Origin: Anaerolineae bacterium
GTDB taxonomy: Bacteria; Chloroflexota; Anaerolineae; UBA1429
DNA: 64,000 nt
Reading direction: 5' to 3'
NCBI GenBank assembly: GCA_963675785.1
Contig: OY776562.1
Span: 3,136,001-3,200,000 of the forward strand
Shown: one piece after another, positions 59,521-64,000 of the stretch
Numbering within the stretch: position 1 is the first letter of the stretch
Layout of the letters: every line of letters starts with the position of its first letter
Translations under genes and position numbers: made by a program
The notes under the pieces: model-generated
What the model was told of the DNA's origin: nothing
What the model saw: only the letters and a program-made list of their open reading frames with translations
The model's database searches: none

Positions 59521-61495
59521 AACTTAACAGATCTACATATTCCTCTAGAATAACCCCTTCGGAACCGACGCCAAAGGCGGTCAGCAACTCGGACACCATC
59601 CTTGCTTTGATGATGGCATCCTGCTCGGACCAGGTCCGGCTCTTGACCTCTATGAATAACCCATCTGCAACGGGTGCTGTGATGCGGTCGATGTTCACTG
59701 CAAAGTCCAGGCCTTTATAGCGAATGTGGTAGCGCTCGCGGTGTTTGGTCACCTCGTAGGTCTTTTTGGGCTCGAAATATTCCCTGTAAAACCGCAGGCT
59801 CTTGTCGGCGGGGGCGGTATAGCGTGAACGGCTAAGCACCACACTGCCGTGGTATTCGGCTTCACGTGCGAGGCCGGTCAGCGTCAGAAAATAGATGGGG
59901 GAGACATCGCTACTCTCGCCGAGCACGATATCCTCGCGGTAACGGAGGCGGCCCTCTTTGGGATCGTCAAACTCGAAATAGGTATCGTATTGGTCGCGCT
60001 TGGTGTGGCGCGTCACGGTAACCAAGTTGTTCTCGATGGCCGCCATAAAGGCGGAATCGTCGACTATGCGGCCCTTACCCTGCACTTCAAAAGTCTCCTG
60101 CTGCTCCAATCCACCAATGGAGAGCAGCTTGTCCAGCACACTGGCTCCGTGGGCTACAAAGAACTTGTTGACGCGCTGGCCGGTCTGGCTTGCTTGCTTG
60201 ACGAGATCCTCGGCGTCGAGCGTGAGCAGGTGGTGGTCTTGGACGGTCAAGCGCCCGTTGATGAGGACATCACGGACATCACTGCCCTTGGTGGCATAGG
60301 CCAGCCGCGAATAGACGTTCAGGCCGGTGGTCTCAAAGTGAGGCACATTGTGAATCGAATCCATGTTGACTACGATGATGTCCGCTCGCTTGCCCGCTTC
60401 GAGTGAACCAATCAGTTTCTCCATGCCTAGCACACGTGCGCCATAGATGGTGGCCATGGCGATGGCCTCTTGAGCAGGCAGGGCCAGCGGATTCCTGAGC
60501 ACGCCTTTGGGCAATAGGGCAGCTAATCGCGTCTCTTCGAACATGTCCAAATCGTTGTTGCTCGAAGCGCCATCAGTGCCGATACCCACATCGACGCCAG
60601 CATCCATCATTTCTATCACAGGGGCAATGCCGCTGGCTAGCTTGAGGTTGCTGGTGGGATTGTGCGCTACGCCTACATGATGAGCGGCCATGATCTGCAT
60701 CTCTTCGCGGTTCACGTGCACGCAGTGCGCCGCCACGCAGTGAGCATCGAGGATGCCCTGCTCTTCGAGCCAGCGGAAGGGGCGCATGCCAGTGGCATTC
60801 AGCCAGGAAGTGACCTCATCGGCTGTCTCCGATACATGAATCAATTGAGGAACGTTGTACTGACTAGCAATGGCGGTCGTCTGCTTGAGTATCTCGGCTG
60901 TCGTCATATAAGGTGAATGGGGTGCCGGAGCGGCAACGATGAGATCGTGGCCTTGCCAGCGCTGGCAGAAATCAGCAATATACTGGAGGCTTTTATCATA
61001 GCTGGTGGCATCTGGCGTGGGGAAGGTCATGACGGTCTCGCCACAGACGCCGCGCATGCCGGCTTGTTCGGCCGCCCAGGCAACTTCTTCTTCGTGATAG
61101 TACATATCCGCAAAGCAAGTGGTGCCGCTCAGCATCATCTCGGCACAAGAGAGTTGTGTTCCTAAAAAGCAGAACTCGGGATTGACGAATTCGCGCTCTA
61201 CCGGCAGCATGTAGCCATAGAGCCACACATCCAATCGCAGGTCGTCGGCAATACCCCGCAGAAGACTCATAGGCATGTGGGTATGGGTGTTGATCAGACC
61301 GGGCATAACAACGTGCGCGCTGCAATCGAGGGTGTTTTCCGCGATATATTTGGCTTCAAGTTCTGAACTTGGCCCAATCTCTAGGATCTCTGTTCCGAGG
61401 ATGGCCACGCCGCCATCAGGTATGATGTTTCTCTTTTCGTCCATGGTGACGATGGTGCCGTTGAGGAGCAGAGTATCGACTCTTGTCTGTGACAT
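59519..61495 (-). CDS. MTA/SAH-deaminase-like amidohydrolase fused to a C-terminal CYTH-like domain
   Basis: INTHTH, APHSPY, IHVSET..E, AHCV, SNLKLASG, GTDGASSNN; C-terminal FEVQGK, QYDTYF, RLRYRE, FIEVKS. Confidence 0.85.
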   Translation of the reverse strand: MSQTRVDTLLLNGTIVTMDEKRNIIPDGGVAILGTEILEIGPSSELEAKYIAENTLDCSAHVVMPGLINTHTHMPMSLLRGIADDLRLDVWLYGYMLPVEREFVNPEFCFLGTQLSCAEMMLSGTTCFADMYYHEEEVAWAAEQAGMRGVCGETVMTFPTPDATSYDKSLQYIADFCQRWQGHDLIVAAPAPHSPYMTTAEILKQTTAIASQYNVPQLIHVSETADEVTSWLNATGMRPFRWLEEQGILDAHCVAAHCVHVNREEMQIMAAHHVGVAHNPTSNLKLASGIAPVIEMMDAGVDVGIGTDGASSNNDLDMFEETRLAALLPKGVLRNPLALPAQEAIAMATIYGARVLGMEKLIGSLEAGKRADIIVVNMDSIHNVPHFETTGLNVYSRLAYATKGSDVRDVLINGRLTVQDHHLLTLDAEDLVKQASQTGQRVNKFFVAHGASVLDKLLSIGGLEQQETFEVQGKGRIVDDSAFMAAIENNLVTVTRHTKRDQYDTYFEFDDPKEGRLRYREDIVLGESSDVSPIYFLTLTGLAREAEYHGSVVLSRSRYTAPADKSLRFYREYFEPKKTYEVTKHRERYHIRYKGLDFAVNIDRITAPVADGLFIEVKSRTWSEQDAIIKARMVSELLTAFGVGSEGVILEEYVDLLS

Positions 61496-61532
61496 TTACA
61501 GAGACCTCCTTTGGTCTGGCTCCTAGTATGAT

Positions 61533-61559
61533 AAAAAGCGCAGCCCAAAAGGGCTGCGC
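61533..61559 (-). terminator. Terminator after dnaA
   Basis: GCGCAGCCC-TTTT-GGGCTGCGC-TTTTT on the minus strand. Confidence 0.8.
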
Positions 61560-61565
61560 ATGGCC

Positions 61566-62939
61566 TTATCCGTTGCTCAGGGATTGTGGTATTTGCACCC
61601 TGGCATACACGGCGTTCTTTATTTCTAGAATTTTGCGCCTCAGCGCATCGTCTCGCTCAAACAGGGCAGTGATCTTGTTACAACCGTGCATTACGGTGGT
61701 GTGATCTCGCCCTCCGAGAGCTTCACCAATCTGCGGTAGAGACATGTTGGTCATATCACGCATCAGGAACATGGCCACCTGACGGGCCATGGCTACTTCG
61801 CGTGTTCTGCGGCGCCCCATGATCTCTTCTTCCGTGACCCCATAGTTGCTACAAACCACTTCGGTGATGTGATGATAGTCCAGCGTGGTGGCATGATGTT
61901 GAAAACTCCCCAGGGCCTGTTCGGCCGTTTGTACACTGAGAGGGTAGCTCATAGTGCGGGCTAGAGCTAACACGCGCGTCAGGGCGCCTTCCAACTCACG
62001 GATGTTGCTCTGCACTTGCTGGGCGATGAACTCGATAACCGAGTTGGGCAACGTCACATGGAGCATATCGGCTTTGGCTTCGAGGATGGCCATGCGCGTC
62101 TCCAGATCGGGTGGCTGGATATCTGCCGTAAGGCCCCATTCAAAACGGGAACGAAGGCGTTCCTCTAATCCCACAAAGGCCCGTGGCTGGCGGTCACTGG
62201 AAAGCACGATCTGACGGTTCTCCTGGTACAAATCATTAAAAGTATGAAAGAACTCTTCTTGCGTACGTTCTTTATTGATAAGGAATTGGACGTCGTCCAA
62301 CAAGAGCACATCGATATTGCGATATTTGGCACGGAACTCTTCAGTGGTGCGGTTACGGATAGATTTGATCAGTTCGTTGGCAAAAGTCTCCGCACTCACA
62401 TACAGCGTGCGGCGTTTATCATGCATGGCCTGGTTGCCGATGGCATGCAAAAGGTGTGTTTTGCCAAGGCCCACGCCGCCATAGATGAAAAGCGGGTTAT
62501 AGGATGTCCCGGGGTTTTCTGCCACAGCAAGGCAGCCTGCATGAGCCAGACGGTTGGACTGCCCGATGATGAAATTATCAAAGGTGTACCGTCGGTTGAT
62601 GTGGGGATCGAGATCATCCTGCTCATCCATGCCGTCATCTGGAAATTCGGGGCTATCCAGCGGCTCGGTAGGTTGTGGGACGGTAGAGTGTGAATTGCTT
62701 CTTACCACAAAGCGCACAGAGACCGTTCGACCAGCTATTTGCGTCACCGTTTTTTGGATGCTCGCATAGAGCCGATTTTCAAGCCAGTCTTTAGCATAAC
62801 CAGACTTTACGCCAACGACCAGAACGCCGTCTTCGTAAGAGATAGCCTGAGTACCACTAACCCAGGTATCAAAGGATGGTCGCTCGAGCTGCATTTGCAG
62901 CTCGCCGAGTGCTCCTTGCCATAGTTGGTCTGCCTTCAT
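61566..62939 (-). CDS. dnaA: Chromosomal replication initiator DnaA
   Basis: YTFDNF, YNPLFIYGGVGLGKTHL, LLDDVQF, RLRSRFEWGL, NIRELEGAL, GGRDHTTV. Confidence 0.98.
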   Translation of the reverse strand: MKADQLWQGALGELQMQLERPSFDTWVSGTQAISYEDGVLVVGVKSGYAKDWLENRLYASIQKTVTQIAGRTVSVRFVVRSNSHSTVPQPTEPLDSPEFPDDGMDEQDDLDPHINRRYTFDNFIIGQSNRLAHAGCLAVAENPGTSYNPLFIYGGVGLGKTHLLHAIGNQAMHDKRRTLYVSAETFANELIKSIRNRTTEEFRAKYRNIDVLLLDDVQFLINKERTQEEFFHTFNDLYQENRQIVLSSDRQPRAFVGLEERLRSRFEWGLTADIQPPDLETRMAILEAKADMLHVTLPNSVIEFIAQQVQSNIRELEGALTRVLALARTMSYPLSVQTAEQALGSFQHHATTLDYHHITEVVCSNYGVTEEEIMGRRRTREVAMARQVAMFLMRDMTNMSLPQIGEALGGRDHTTVMHGCNKITALFERDDALRRKILEIKNAVYARVQIPQSLSNG

Positions 62940-63261
62940 GTGCTGCGCTCCGTGTCGTGGTGGTTCAGCCAGTTTCTTGGAGGCGGAGAGAAGAGGACGT
63001 GTTGCCTCAACTGTCCCACATCACAGGGCAAAGATTACTTGGAGTGTGGAAGGACTGTCTGCCCCATGCGTGGTCTATCGATTCTACCATTATGACATCG
63101 TTTTGCCAAGGATGTTTGGCATGAATCTCGTAACTCTGGGTAAAACTAGCGTAATCAGGTTTATGCATTATTGCGCTCATTGGGTTTATGCAGAACTTAT
63201 GCGCCTCTGTCATTGCCATGGTATGCTTTCTCCAGAGCGATTTTTGGGGGAGGCTGACGAC

Positions 63262-63606
63262 GTGAGCGTGTTAATTATCGACCGTGATAACAAACCGATC
63301 GATCGCGTACCCAATGTCGTGGTTTCGCAGGTTGAGCATCACCGGACCATGACTATGGTGCGATTTTTGGGGCGGCTTTTTGCCTATATGCCAGATGCCG
63401 GGCGTGGCTTTTATACCTGGGCATTGGTGGCAATGTATTGGCCGGCGCAACGTCTTTCTGTGCACCAATACAGTCCGCCTCATCTTCGATTGATTCTGTT
63501 CGGACGCTGGGAGTTTGGATTGGTGTTGGGGAGCTGGGCGTTGGGACTTAAATTAGGGCAGCCATTGATGTGGCTCAAGAGAGCAATGCCTGCGACTGGC
63601 AGCTAA
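63262..63606 (+). CDS. Hypothetical protein (about 114 aa)
   Basis: GTG after GGGGGAGG RBS, TGGTATGCT upstream, plus-strand terminator just after the stop; no recognisable motif. Confidence 0.45.
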   Translation: MSVLIIDRDNKPIDRVPNVVVSQVEHHRTMTMVRFLGRLFAYMPDAGRGFYTWALVAMYWPAQRLSVHQYSPPHLRLILFGRWEFGLVLGSWALGLKLGQPLMWLKRAMPATGS

Positions 63607-63619
63607 AGTGAATGCTTTG

Positions 63620-63651
63620 GGACCTGAGGGGAAACCTCAGGTCCTTTTTTT
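63620..63651 (+). terminator. Intrinsic terminator
   Basis: GGACCTGAGG-GGAAA-CCTCAGGTCC-TTTTTTT. Confidence 0.85.
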
Positions 63652-64000
63652 ATGACCGGGAAACGGCGCGGCTGGTGACAATGTCAACGCCAGTGCCGAG
63701 GATGTTGGTCATAACGGTTTGATGAGAGGCAATGGGTGCCTGGAGGTGAATGCTCCGCAAAAGCTTGGCAGCTTCTTGCACTAGATGCTTGGGCAGGGCC
63801 TGGTTTGAATGCACTGGCACCAATGGCAAAATGCCGTCATCCACACTTACAGTGGTCGTTAGCATACGACGTGGATTGGACATCTCTTCACGAACAAAGG
63901 CCTCGCCACGTTTGCAGCTGTTGCCCACAATCTCGATGACCTGATCTCCATCAACAATTGCTCGAATACTACAGCCCACTGGGCAGGTAACGCAAATGAA
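63650..64000 (-). CDS. DUF1667-like small Cys-rich protein (5' end outside the window)
   Basis: FICVTCPVGC, GNSCKRG, P.RMLTTTV, NILGTGVDIV.S. Confidence 0.85.
   Translation of the reverse strand, partial: FICVTCPVGCSIRAIVDGDQVIEIVGNSCKRGEAFVREEMSNPRRMLTTTVSVDDGILPLVPVHSNQALPKHLVQEAAKLLRSIHLQAPIASHQTVMTNILGTGVDIVTSRAVSRS

Noticed and set aside
62940-63260. oriC
   Set aside because: No perfect TTATCCACA boxes and no dnaN/rpmH context; cannot be called from this window.

Overview
Bacterial chromosomal window, roughly 55-58% GC by eye. Gene content and protein style suggest Chloroflexota, probably Anaerolineae (inference). It is mostly core and sugar metabolism: proBA, nadCAB, a 12-gene ilvD-ilvB-ilvN-ilvC-cimA-leuA-leuC-thrC-leuD-pheA-leuB-ilvE operon, a fucosidase/oxidative L-sugar cluster, greA-lysS, four tRNAs (2 Ser, 2 Arg), a 10-gene DeoR-led rare-sugar operon, and a dnaA not followed by dnaN. 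I found no CRISPR array, integrase or transposase. The most notable items are: (1) a 31-aa leader peptide missing from the ORF track, rich in Leu/Ile/Val with a Phe-Phe pair, in a complete attenuator ahead of the mixed amino-acid operon; (2) a stand-alone CHAT protease + STAND-type ATPase + apparently inactive restriction-endonuclease-like protein next to the tRNAs; (3) a sugar operon joining a rhamnose-isomerase family enzyme, three hexitol-phosphate oxidoreductases and an acetoin-dehydrogenase-like E1/E2; (4) a deaminase-CYTH fusion downstream of dnaA; (5) a terminator in the greA leader. All family calls come from motif recognition by eye; no database searches were run.
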